The translations under genes and the position numbers were made by a program. The notes under the pieces were generated by a model. The model saw only the letters and a program-made list of their open reading frames with translations. It had not been told where the DNA came from and ran no database searches. A stretch of 58,117 nucleotides of DNA, the filler included, from Platydemus manokwari (taxonomy: Eukaryota), in the NCBI GenBank assembly GCA_037951405.1. It is 5 parts of 5 records of this genome, joined end to end, with 100 filler letters (N's around TTAATTAATTAA, not from the genome) between each part and the next. Parts side by side here need not be neighbours in the genome. Positions count along the whole stretch, not along the records: positions 23,473 to 35,158 come from JBBMOY010524442.1; positions 35,259 to 47,931 come from JBBMOY010017792.1; 3 more parts are not named here. One strand, 5' to 3'. Shown piece by piece: positions 25,951 through 38,642 of the stretch; position 1 is the first letter of the stretch, and each line of letters starts with the position of its first letter.

Positions 25951-27519
25951 CTCTTTAAAACCTAGCTATCTTTTCGAGTAAGAGAAAAGTCAGTTTGACG
26001 AAAATAACTTTTATTTATTAAATGATGGACAATCTTTTGGATTATTTTTATTTATTAACAAATCTGTGGATAACTACTGATTGAAAAATTGATAAATCAT
26101 TGGACAACAAAAAGTTACCTAAATACACGACGATTTTTGTGAACAACTTTATTTGACGAAACACTTGAAGATTTTCGGAGATGATTTCTAGGTCAAACTT
26201 CGCTTGAATTTAATTTATTTTTAAAATTATTTGTGTTGTAGAAAGTAGGCTTTACAAGCTGCTTTCGATCCAGTTTTTAGTGAATTGAATTTAATTATAT
26301 TGAGTAAATATGGCGCCACGAATGAAACTAATTTCATTGAAAGAAACTGAACTAAATCAATTTACCGATGTTGCACATCGTTCGAATATATTTTTATTGA
26401 AAGTTTTATGCTGGATTTTTTATAGTTTTCAATACTGATAAATTTCAAGGGACATTCCGAACTCACTCATGGGAAACAAATCGATCAGTGTAACAATATT
26501 GTATATATAGATTGAGGAGATATAAAAAATTATTTCAAAACACAATTTTTGCCCCTAAGAGCTTTTCACTGGTTAACCAACTGACTTCTGCCTGAAACGC
26601 GGCTCTGCTTAATATCTCGTCTTTAATTTCTTTTGATTCTCTCCTTTAGCTATGGAACATCATCGTTTTCGGTTTAATGGTTATTTAATTGATTGTGATT
26701 GTTGGTAATATCAAAGCTTTCTCTAAATAACTGTCGATTGATTTTTGGTCATTTGTGTCTTTATTTAGCAATAAGTTCGTTGTTCTGGATGCAATGACTG
26801 CATAAACGTTGTCACTAAAATCTAATTCAAATCAATTAAAAATTATAAATTAATTTAAGCCTAGTCACGCAAAAGTTTTGGATAAAATATTTAATAAAAT
26901 ACATTGTTAAGATTTTATGAACAACTCTTGCTCCAGATTGGATAATACAAATGTAAACTTTAAAGTGCTTCTTACGCTGAACTTTGGCTAAATCCAAAAC
27001 TAGTATAAAAATTGTCAACCAAATGTCAACAGTAGATGGTCGAACTAATAAATAAAAATCTATCATTGTTCATTTTATCGTCGAATCAAAAACTTAAGAA
27101 AATTACGAAGATTTATTCATTTTTTATCATAAAATTATAATTAAAAACAATCAAACGTATTGTTAACTGATACAGAATTGAAAATACAATACAATGAGAT
27201 TTTTTTTTATCATCAAATATGAAAGTGTTTCATTCTTCTTTATTCGGGAACATTTATCGTTTAAATCTTGACAATAATTTTTTACAGCAGTAATTGTCAA
27301 TAGATAATTAGAATTATTTACAGATCAATGAAAATCAATTCATATTATAAATGAAAATAATTTTCATTTTGGAATGTTAGTAGAATAAGAAGTTGTAACG
27401 TAATTTATATTTATCAGTCATGAACTATAGAAATGAGCACAACAAATATTTAAATGGTAATGCTTAAAGTTCCTATCACGATGTTTTCGAATAACTTCAA
27501 TTTACCATTGACATTTCTC

Positions 27520-28524
27520 TCAATGTGCTTTTGAAAAAGTAATATCGGAGATTGAAAATTGATTTTTTAGTTGATGGTTTTCAGGTTTAAAAATCTTCAA
27601 AACATAATTTTTGAATTTTTTAATCATAATTATATATACAAATGGATTCACCATAGCATTGAAGCCTAACGAAAAATTACAATAATAATAATATCTGGTT
27701 GCATTTTCGAAATTTAATTTCTCCATCATGTTTAAAATATAAACAATCGAATCTATACTGTACGTTACGATATAAAATGCGAAAATAATTATTGATGAAA
27801 TGGTGAATTTGACTGAGATATTCTTTTTGATTGCATCAGTATTATCATTTGATGCGATATCCCTTGAGTTTAGACTAAATATTATCTTAATATATAGGCA
27901 TATCATGATGAGAGCCGGTAGAAAATAACTAAATGTTAACCACAAATACGAATATGCTTTCCAGAAATTTGAAAATGCCTTCATCTCCCATTGAAATTGA
28001 CACAAATAACCAGGCTCATCTTGATTAAAGACCGTATTATTTTTCAATACCACCGATGTTTCCCAGAATGTTGGCATTGCCACCAAAACCGATATAATAA
28101 ATACAATTACAATACCCACTCGATAAGTATTTAGTTTGATATCGCGATATTTGAACGGAAATACCACCACAATGAATCTATCAATTGCAGTAAGTAAAAG
28201 AATATAGCCACTGAAAACAATAGAAAACCAAAAAAAATAATTAGTATGGAATATTCGACAATAAATTTGGTATGCATAGTAATTATTCCAATCAATTCGT
28301 GAAAGATGAGTAAACATTGCATTGATGACACTCAATAAAGTGATAATATCGATCACGGTTTGTAATCTGACTAAAATACTGCTTTTCTTAGAGCCAATTC
28401 TTTGCTTGTGTAAAAAACTGAAAAGAATGACATTACCAATCAATCCGATAATTACTAATATAATTCGGAATAAGAAAAATCCCAATGAATCATTGAAGTC
28501 TTCATTAATATATTTCATTATCAT
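27520..28524 (-). CDS. rhodopsin-like (class A) orphan or peptide GPCR, intronless
   Basis: Seven hydrophobic segments; IGN (TM1), C at the top of TM3, AIDRF, FLP..IM..LY (TM5), NPFVY (TM7). Likely ATG at 28524. Confidence 0.93.
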   Translation of the reverse strand: MIMKYINEDFNDSLGFFLFRIILVIIGLIGNVILFSFLHKQRIGSKKSSILVRLQTVIDIITLLSVINAMFTHLSRIDWNNYYAYQIYCRIFHTNYFFWFSIVFSGYILLLTAIDRFIVVVFPFKYRDIKLNTYRVGIVIVFIISVLVAMPTFWETSVVLKNNTVFNQDEPGYLCQFQWEMKAFSNFWKAYSYLWLTFSYFLPALIMICLYIKIIFSLNSRDIASNDNTDAIKKNISVKFTISSIIIFAFYIVTYSIDSIVYILNMMEKLNFENATRYYYYCNFSLGFNAMVNPFVYIIMIKKFKNYVLKIFKPENHQLKNQFSISDITFSKAH

Positions 28525-29049
28525 TTTTGATAATTGAATAATAATCACTGCTTCTTTCAAGTTTATTGGATAGAACGATAATTTCCTATTGGATATAATT
28601 TTATAAATAAAACCTGAACTATTTATCAAAGTTATGCCTCACTATTGTTGTTTCAATACTCAGAAACTGATAAGACAGACTTGTAAAGTATATAAGTACC
28701 GATGAATATAAGAGTGCAATTGGTTGATATTGATGAATAGGAAGAAATATTTTACTAAATCCTTTTGTGTATGTACGAATAATACTGTTGAAATTATTTA
28801 TTAGCATTAAGACAAATACATTTAATTGCTTAAGTGGTACATCAAAGATGAACAGGGGCTCTAGTAAAAATTAGCAAACATAATTTTTAACCAATGGGAT
28901 TACTGGCAAACAAGAGCTAACTGTTAAAAATCATTCCAATTATAATTATTGATTGAAAAATTAATATTCGAAGCACGGCAACAATATTTCTCATTTAGTA
29001 ATAAATTTTCAAATAAATAGACATGTAGAACCAGATCCGAAGCAAGTGA

Positions 29050-29460
29050 CTTTAATTTCCTTAAATTTCCTATTTATCACCTTTTTGGACGGTTTTGTAG
29101 GAAGGAAACCATTGTATGTTTAAAACCAGAGGAATTTCTTTAAAGTTGGCTAGATCACGCATAAAGCTTGGACTATGATGTTATATTTGTAAGTATAAAA
29201 GTTTCTCTATTATCGCCAGACATCTTTCGATTTGTAACATGACCTGGATCGATAAGAAATTCATTACACGAGTCCACTTAAGTTCTTTCAACATATATCA
29301 GCTTTCTGGGTTCATCTGACTCTTTCAATGAAGCTGTGATAAATAAATCGGAGCAATCAACTCTTCAGATTCAACATATGTGAAACTATATCCACTTAGA
29401 ATAAAGGTACGAGGTTTTTAAAGTGGAGTTTTGTGTTGTCATTTGATGGAATACTGAGTA
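29050..29460 (-). pseudogene. possible DNA/RNA non-specific endonuclease (EndoG/ENPP NUC-like) remnant
   Basis: IDPGHVT.....ETFILTNITS* at about 29173-29262 resembles DRGH...TFxLxNxxPQ; interrupted by stops. Confidence 0.4.
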
Positions 29461-30775
29461 TCGGATGATAATCAGAATTAATTAATTTGTTTTGAAATAA
29501 GGTTGGGAACCCTTAAAATTTAAAAATCTTAAGTTTAAATAAACTATTAATCATTTGTATATAAACAATAATGTTTTTATGATCAAATTTTTTTCGAAAA
29601 CCAAATTGGTTTCTATTTTTATTAGTAATATCATATTAACCAATTTCTTAATTATCAAAAACTAATTTATTAAGTAATAAATGCTGAAATAGCTTTAACA
29701 ACAAAATGCTAAATAAAAAGATATCCCGAATATGTACGTAACAAGTTAAGCAGATTATTTATTATTTATTATGGCATCCTAATAATATGAAGTAAGTTTT
29801 GGAAAAAAAAACATAAATCATGGCTTATAAAATTTTAAAAATGTAATTTGGTTTTAATTAAACATATAAGTTCCTCGAGGTAAGCACGCCCACTGGTATC
29901 TTATCTAACTACAAATTTCAAAAATATTAAATCCAAACATTAGGCTAAATATCAAAATACTGTGATTTACAATTAAATTTTGACAGGACTTAAATTAAAA
30001 ATGACTTCTTTAAAGTCTAGTGTTATTTTCTATCTTAAAAATAAAAAGATACATTTTACCGAGTGTAAACGCGTTCGCGTCAGAAGAATTAAGTTAAAAT
30101 ATCTTCGATAAAACATTTAAAATCAATTTGAAACTGATCATTTGATGTGCTGGAAAAATATTAAACTGAAATGAAACTTAGGCGAATATAATAATGTACT
30201 GTTTCAAACTGCTTCATAAAATTATTGTGTAGAAATTCGCTTATCACTTTTAGAACAAGGATAAATTAGCGTTAACATTATCATATTAATTCAAAAATAT
30301 TTTCAACATGAACATTCATCAAACTAATGGCAGCAATAAAACTATTTTCATTTCATATCTGTATTCATTGAAACCATTAATAAAAATCGATTCTAAATGT
30401 AGAGCAGTGTTCACTGATATAATTATAAAGTCGATTTAATAACTTCAAAACAAGTATTATCAAAATATGGTGCCAAAGTGATCGATGCGAAAGTAAAATT
30501 AAAATAAATACCGATTAAATGAATACCGACACAAATAAACTCAAATTGTAATTATTGAAGATATCTGCTAGCTATTGTTTACTGTGCTATTAGATTGCAG
30601 TCACTCGTTGAGGTTTATTTAGACTGTCAACCACAGTTGATCCGATTTAATTGCTAAGAGATGACATTAAATATATATATGTAGAATTATTAAAAATCGA
30701 TAATTCTTAAATTCTGTGAAAATAAAACAATTTTGAAAAGCTGAATCTATTAAAATATAAATCAAATCGATTGAG

Positions 30776-31387
30776 CTATACAATGATACACATTTTATTC
30801 AAGCATCCACGAACTTTTTTCCGATGTTTCCACCCCTCAATAACTGTTGTGATAGCACAATCGAAGATCTGTTTCAAACCTTCTTGTGTCAATGCGGAAC
30901 ATTCAAGATATTTCACTGCCGCTATTTTCTTTGCTACTTTTATTGCATCGGTGTGAGAGACGGTATTGGAGGATGACTGTTTTGCTAGATCTGATTTTGT
31001 TCCGACCAATACAATTGGTACTTTTGGACATTGTTGATTGACAATCGGACTCCAATATGTTTCGACATTCATAATGGAAGTCTTATTTATTAGAGAAAAG
31101 CAAATAATGAAAACATCCACATCTTGAAAAGCGAGATTGATTATTGATCGATATTCTTCTTGACCAGCTGTGTCAACGAGAAGCATATTATAACGGATAT
31201 CATCAACAACAAATGTGACAACATAATTATCGAAAACTGTTGGAACATAAGACGATGGAAAAGTTTGGGTTGTGTATGATATCAACATGCTGGTCTTTCC
31301 CACATCACCATCACCGACAATAACAACTTTTAAATCCTTTTCTTTTCCATTATAATCGCAGTTGGCATAACTATTGACGTGATTCAT
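30776..31387 (-). CDS. Rho-family small GTPase, Rac/Cdc42-like, intronless
   Basis: GDGDVGKT, YVPTVFDNY, DTAGQEEY, GTKSDL, ECSALTQ.GLK, polybasic tail and CaaX box CIIV. Confidence 0.96.
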   Translation of the reverse strand: MNHVNSYANCDYNGKEKDLKVVIVGDGDVGKTSMLISYTTQTFPSSYVPTVFDNYVVTFVVDDIRYNMLLVDTAGQEEYRSIINLAFQDVDVFIICFSLINKTSIMNVETYWSPIVNQQCPKVPIVLVGTKSDLAKQSSSNTVSHTDAIKVAKKIAAVKYLECSALTQEGLKQIFDCAITTVIEGWKHRKKVRGCLNKMCIIV

Positions 31388-33506
31388 AATGAGTTCAATG
31401 GAGCTGGTTATTGAGTAGATATATTGTATTTGTATCTAATTATAGATATGACATCATTAAAATCGACATATACACATTTAGAATTGTTCAGTGATATTAA
31501 TGTGTGCATTCTATTGTGTTTTGAATTGTTTCGCTGATATATATCTACGTGTTTTCTTACATCATCTATAATTGTTCTACATAGTAATCGATACGTTTTT
31601 CAAAAATAGTGAAATTCAATAAATTCTCAAAACACAGGATCGGTGCAAGTCCACATTCCATAATTATCGCAATCATTGGTTAGAAAATGATAAATTGAAA
31701 TTCACAAATTACGTGTTAAAATTAAAGGTTTTATTTTGGAATTTATTTATGCCGGTGTCAATTAAAAAAAACTAATTTTTGAAGTGACAGAAAATATGAA
31801 ATTTCAATTTTATTGATTCAATAATTTGTGATAAATATTAGATATAATTGATCAGAGAAATAACGATTTATGTTGATACTTATTTATTTGACAAAATTTT
31901 ATGATATAAGTTTCATCAAATATTTCATAGCAAGTTGGAAATATTTGTTATAAGATAATAACAGGATTTATTTCAAATCATTTCCAATGCAGCTTTGCAA
32001 TGTATAGAACGAAATCAATCAGATTTTAAATTTAGTGAATTATGCTATTGATTTTTAGAACTAGATCAGTTTCTATTAAATAATCAATGACTTATGGATA
32101 ACGTTTGTCCCAATAGAATCTAAAAATTCAGTCTTATCGGAAATCATTAATCACAATCATTATTCGATAAAAATCATTAAATATCGATATTAATATTTCG
32201 TAATCATTGATTAAACCAATCTTCATCGTTAAATGATGACCAAATACACTTCCAAACATAAGTATATTTGTGACGTGAATAACGTTCTGTATTATATTTA
32301 TCCGATAAAGAAAATCCTTATATTTTTTTAGTAATAAGAAAGATCATAAATACAAAGAATACGACGAAGAATATGATAAAGAATATGAAATGCTGTAGGT
32401 GTTATCAATAATTCATGAATATAATTAGATGCTATTATTAGGTTTACCATGAGTACTATTATTAATTTTCAGATTAGTATTATTATCATTATTGTTGTGA
32501 TAAATTATAATGGATCATCACTAACCAGTGGCACGCGATGATAAATGTGGGTTAAATACCGAAAGATTGAAATCTACCAGCAACTTCATTATGAAATGAC
32601 GGACAATTGGTTCTATCCGATGTTGATGTATAAAAAAAGCACAAACAAATCGTTATATTATTGAACTGTCTGTTAGAATTATTAATGATTTCATGAACAT
32701 CTCTCATTACCAATACAGATATTAGTAATACTAATGGTTGTTTTGATTTTTAACAACGGTTACTTATTTTCTTAATGAGATCAATAATAAGGTTGTTTGA
32801 AAGGTTATTTCCAATAATTCAGTGATTAACGTTATTCAATACAATGTTTATCTATTATTAATTTTTATATATGATCGATGGTATATCATGGCATGTCATA
32901 GTTAAAACAAGTTAATAAATCTTCTTTTATCGGTGTCTTTAAATAATATTCAATGATCAGTTGGTTTGAACTTCCAATTTGGACTGGTCATGTCTACTAA
33001 AATTTCATTTTCATTTCAAATAATAAAATCATTTGCAAATTCAGTCTAATTTTAGCACAACAGTTTAAAAAACAAATTATCGATTGAAAAATGTTCAATA
33101 TCAATAAGATAGAATTAATTAGGTAAATGATAATTTTAAAAATGTTTTTTCAATTGATACGGATCAATATCAAGGCCTATAATATTAGTCTGTTAATCAA
33201 TAATTGATAACCACGAATGCACAAAAATCATCATGGCTTGATGACAGTTAAAGCTTTTCCGAACGTTTTTATTATCAACATTTACGCAATAGTTGCTTAA
33301 ACAATACTCGTTATGCGATACGTCTTATCTAGATGAACAGTTAGATATTTCTTTCGATAATTTTTCACAATGCATATTCTTTTCATGAATGACACGAAAT
33401 TTTTTTGAAAAATATTTTCAAAAATCCTTTCAATGATTCTTGAAAGTAATTTTTGGGCATTTTAAATTTAAATTATGAATTCATTTATACTTATATTGAT
33501 GAATGT

Positions 33507-33770
33507 TAAATCTATAATTCGATAAAATTAAATCTGTAATTCGATAAAATTAAATCTGTTATTCGATAAAATAAATCTGTTATTCGATAAAATAAATCTG
33601 TAATTCGATAAAATAAATCTGTTATTCGATAAAATTAAATCTGTTATTCGATAAAATAAATCTGTTATTCGATAAAATAAATCTGTTATTCGATAAATTA
33701 AATCTGTAATTCGATAAAATAAATCTGTAATTCGATAAAATAAATCTGTAATTCGATAAAATAAATCTAT
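33507..33770. repeat. 21-22 bp minisatellite, about 12 copies
   Basis: Unit TAAATCTGT(A/T)ATTCGATAAAA(T), head to tail, with no spacers. Confidence 0.97.
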
Positions 33771-34169
33771 ATAAGTAAAAAATAAGTTTTGATTTAAAAT
33801 TTATTCTAACTAAAAAGCATATGTAAGGTTAGATAATTTACAGGAAATTATCATATATATACGGAATAGTCTAAGTAAAATTAGAATGTAAATATAACAG
33901 ATAAAAATAAATTCATTGAAATTCATATTTAACATTTCAACTCAATAAGTACTTAATTAATACATAACTCAAAAATCTAATAAATACATATCTTCTAGAG
34001 ACTAAATCACCATACACACTCATCGCGAAAACCTATGCAACAAACTTCGATTTATTTAGTTCAGATTTGTTCAATAAATTTACAGAATAAACCAGAACCA
34101 TAAATTACAAAATTTTTGTTCAATAAACATTACATATTGCATGAGTTAAATATAAGGTTTACGAGGTAA

Positions 34170-34360
34170 GGTTTGCCACAAGATGAATACACGTCTTCTT
34201 CCTAAATCCAGTATTTTCGGCAAATATTTTTTTGGCAAAAGTGGGATTATCCTTAGTACCAGTCACAGGTATTTGTGGACAACTTACCTTATTGGGTGCA
34301 GCACCTCATCATTCAATTCGGACAACAAATGCTTGCCTGATATGCCTGCATATAGTTTCT
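34170..34360 (-). mobile_element. possible Merlin/ISXO2-like transposase remnant
   Basis: ICRHIRQAFVVRIE..GAA / VVHKYL / IHLVAN resembles the GIxRxTKxCFxVxVxxR...PGT...HxxVNH pattern; highly decayed. Confidence 0.35.
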
Positions 34361-35158
34361 TTATAAGTGTATATAATATTTTCATATTTATTAATAATTT
34401 TCTGTTTGGAGTTAGATATATGGTGAGAGCTATCTGCAATATATTTGCTGTTAGTAGAATCTCAAACTATCTACAAGATTTTTAGATCTAAATATAAACC
34501 TATCAAGTACGATTCTAGAAGGAAAGAGTAAACAGCAAAACATTCCCCAAAAGAGATTCTTTTGATTTTTAATGATATTTATCAAAGTACAGTAAACTCG
34601 AGATATTGTCAGATATTATCGTTAGTCAATTAGTAACTGAGGAATATCAATTGAAATCTTAATTTGTGAGAGAATAATAATTGCATTGAAAACTCAATCT
34701 AGTCAAATACAATGACGCTCACATTACTGATATAATTAAGGAATAATGAGTAGAATCACTATAATGTTACTCTTCTGTGTTTTGTTAATCATAATTTGGA
34801 ATTGAGATTGAGCTTTTCGTTCATTCTTAATTGGAAATATTCTAATGAGATATTAAAACAGAACTCTATTGCTGAAAATGTTAAACATTTTCGATATTGA
34901 TCGTTTATTAATTTCGAAAATAATAACAAATCCCACTAAATAGATAAACAAATTATTTTCCAAATTTTCCAATTATTCAATTTTCTAATAATACTGAATT
35001 GTTTACTCGGGGTATTCACGGATTAATTGATTTTCTAAAGATTTTGTCCAATGCTATTAGGTGTATTAGTATGATTCCGGCTTTTTTTAAAAAAAACAAA
35101 AACATTTTTTAAAATATTTATTTAATGAAATTCAATCAAAATATTTTCCATTTGCAGA

Positions 35159-35258
35159 NNNNNNNNNNNNNNNNNNNNNNNNNNNNNNNNNNNNNNNNNN
35201 NNTTAATTAATTAANNNNNNNNNNNNNNNNNNNNNNNNNNNNNNNNNNNNNNNNNNNN
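35159..35258. other. artificial contig spacer
   Basis: Same N/TTAATTAATTAA linker. Confidence 0.98.
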
Positions 35259-35423
35259 AAATGCAATCAATTAATTGAGGAATATTATAAATATAATTTC
35301 TGGAACCATATGGAATAATAGTAATTAAAGACATATGTTATCCATATTTCCTTTTAATGGTTTTCCGTTATAATGTTTTATTTAATATTTATAATTTTCG
35401 TACTCAATCATTGTTAAAGGATC

Positions 35424-38277
35424 ATGAAATTTATAACATTTTCCATTGCGTTAATTTGTCTGGGAATAAACGAGATATTACCTGTTCACGGGACACATCA
35501 TTGGAAATCTTATGAAAGATATGATAACTACCAATTAGATGATCTGCATTTGATGCATGATTGGGAATGTTGGTATAAGGATTACTATTTAAAAGGTAAA
35601 TTTCCATGAGATAAAAACAATTTGACTTTAGTTTTCAGTTGATCGTTGTCCATCGGAAACTTTGAAATCGAAAGAAAAGATTCCATGTAAGCAATTTCGT
35701 AAATGCAAACGTCGTTGTCGATTGATTTCTGGTATTGAAAAGTGTCGAATTCTCTGTGCTAAGATGAAAAGCAAAATCTCGAAATTTATAAAGGTAATTT
35801 ATAAGGTGAATCAAGATGGAAAATGTCGAGATTCAATTATTTGTGTTTACAAAACCTTGTGTAATCTTGACTGGCCTTCACAGATATACCAAGGTTGCTA
35901 TTATACAAATGACTTTTACGAATGGTGGATAGATCATAAAAAACATTATGAAACTCCAACATTAGTCGATCGGGTCACATTGATTAAACGCAGCAAAATC
36001 TATGATTGTATGAACATTAATAATAATCCCCCTCCAGTAGATCCATTATTAGAAAATACGGTTAAAATCAAAACAACTCGTGGAAGAATGCTCCACCAAA
36101 TCGGTGAGTTATGGTTTCGTGTGAAATTCGTCAAAGATGATATGCTCTACTATATTGGTAAAATGTGGGTTTCTGTTAAATATAGTAAAAATCATCAATA
36201 CTTGAAAATCGGAGATAGATGGTTGAGAATCGTAATTTCAAAATATCAGTTGTACTGCCAGATTCACGATTCATGGATCCCTTTAAAAATATCATTTGGT
36301 GTAACTTATATCAAATTAGGTGAAAGATGGTTGGAATTTTTTATTAAAGGAAAGAAATTCTTTTACAAATTTGGTAGTAAATGGTTGGAAATACGCATTC
36401 TTGATCATGCCGTCTATCATCGGATGGACGAAATATGGTATGAAGTTCAAATAAAGAAAAATAGCGATTTGGTTAAGATAGGGCGTGGTTTTAGGAGAAT
36501 TATTATTGTTTACGATCAAACATTCATTAAATTAGGTAGCCGCTGGTTTGAAATGAAATTGAAAACTGAAAAATATTATATTAAATGGGATAAAATATGG
36601 ATTGAAATAGAATTTGATGAAGATTATATTTTTACATTTATCAATGAAGAACGATATCGACTGAGATTTACAGAATTTTCGATTTGTATACAAATCAGAG
36701 GAAAATGGATTCAGGTTGAAGCTAAGGATCAGAGTCTATTCTTTTACATTGATAAAGCATGGCTCAATCTTTTGGTGGAGAAAAATGATCTATTTGTTCG
36801 AGAGAATGGTGAGTTAACTAGAGTGAAATTCAATGATGAAGATGATCTTCTTTATAAATCGTATTATACTAATCAATCTCGATTTGCAAGAAAAATGCAA
36901 ATGGAACCTGATAAACGATTAGCCACGAATGATTTTTACAAAATCGAAAATTCTCGCAACTATAAACTCATCGGTGGTTATTGGTTTCCATTCAATTATA
37001 CAAATGGGGAATTTCTGTATTTGTTATCAGATGAATGGGTCAAAATGAAAGTCCAAGATGACAAGTGGTTTTATTATGATTTTGATCAATGGATCGAAAT
37101 GAGTATCATTGGTGAAACGGAATTCAATAAGATAAGCGGTCATTGGTTGGAAGTAAAAAGAGAAAAAGATGAATTGTTATATTTGGATTCAAATAGGTGG
37201 CACACAATAAAACTTATCGGCAGACTGGTTTGTTTAAAATTTAAAGGTGAATGGAAATTTTTAAATATCGTTAATGGACAAAAATTTATCCGCTTGGGTA
37301 ACCAGTTTGATCAGCTGCGATTCCATAATACCGATGAGAAAATATTTTATCTAAAGATGGGCAAGAGATGGTTTACTTTAATGTTCCAAGAGAACCAGTA
37401 TTTGATTCAAATCAACAAAGCTTGGATAAGAATTGAATTCTTTAGTCATCGATCATTGCAATTGGTGTTCAACGATGTATGGAGATCAGTGACATTCCGA
37501 GATGATAATGTTTATATAAGGAATGGCAACTGTTGGTTAGAAATGATTTACGAGGACAAGATCATTTTCTTGAAAATTGGTGACACTTATAAAGAAGCAG
37601 AAGTATCATCAAAAGGATACTTTCGCATACGTATAGATAAGAATTTCTATACACTAATCGAAAAAAATACTATTCGATTAAATAATAGACTCATAAAAAT
37701 TTCCTATATTGATGGTAAATTACACATGTATATCAATAATAATTGGCTACCATTGAGGATTACCAAGGATAAAATATTGGTGAAAATAGTTGATTCTTGG
37801 ATCGAAAGCCAAATCAATACCAACGGAGAGACTTTTACTGTGATATTGGACAAACAGAAAATGGAATTGACTTTCGAAAATGGAATATTATGTGAGCTCT
37901 ACTTACAACTGAATGTTCCAGTGAACATTCGATTTAGAAAATTATACTACAATTTTGATGGAAAATGGGTGAGAATTATTGCCAAAGACGATCAACGATA
38001 CTTGAAAATCAATAAAAAGTTGATCAGACTCGGTAAGGATTTTTTGAGACGGAAAATTAAAAAATACAAACTCCAATCAATGTTGAAATGTATGTCATTC
38101 ACATTGCGAAAAAGATATAGAAAAACTGATAAGACTGATAATTATGATCATTATTGGGATGAAGAGGAGACTGAGAACTCTCGACAAGAAAAAAATCCAC
38201 TCAAAAGTCTTAGACGAAAACAGGTCTATTTTATCCGGAAATATAAAAAATATTATAGAGAGAAAATATTCAATTAA
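35424..38277 (+). CDS. secreted ~936-aa protein: signal peptide, Cys-rich domain, about 34 x 18-aa Trp/aromatic repeats, basic tail (2 exons)
   Basis: A GT-AG intron at 35596-35638 (43 nt, phase 1) joins the MKFITFSIALICLG.. exon in frame to the 871-aa ORF; the repeat periodicity is visible in the translation. Confidence 0.88.
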
Positions 38278-38642
38278 GAATTGGAAAAATGAACATTGAT
38301 ATTCGAATATAAAAAACTTATGACGATTTATATTTAGATTTTAATAGTTCTTAATTATTTATTTAATTTTCATGGTTAAAGATAAGATTTTTCTTTTATT
38401 AACTGTTACATATTTTGACGGTGTGCGTATCAAAATAAAAATTATGTTTTGGTTAATATTTTCTTCTAACTTTTTTATTTGTACCGTTATTCATGTTTGT
38501 AAATACTAATTCCTAATACGAAAGAGGATACTTTCCAATAGCATTCATATAAGATATTTTAAAATGGGATACTTTTAAATAATTTTTATACTACTTGGAT
38601 TCTATTGATATTTAATAAATAAATCATGCATATATACACGAT

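Noticed and set aside
28525-28629. N-terminal extension of the GPCR in the ORF track
   Set aside because: It starts at a non-ATG codon; the first ATG is at 28524.
33507-33770. Possible CRISPR array
   Set aside because: Repeats are contiguous with no unique spacers, there are no cas genes, and the context is eukaryotic; this is a minisatellite.
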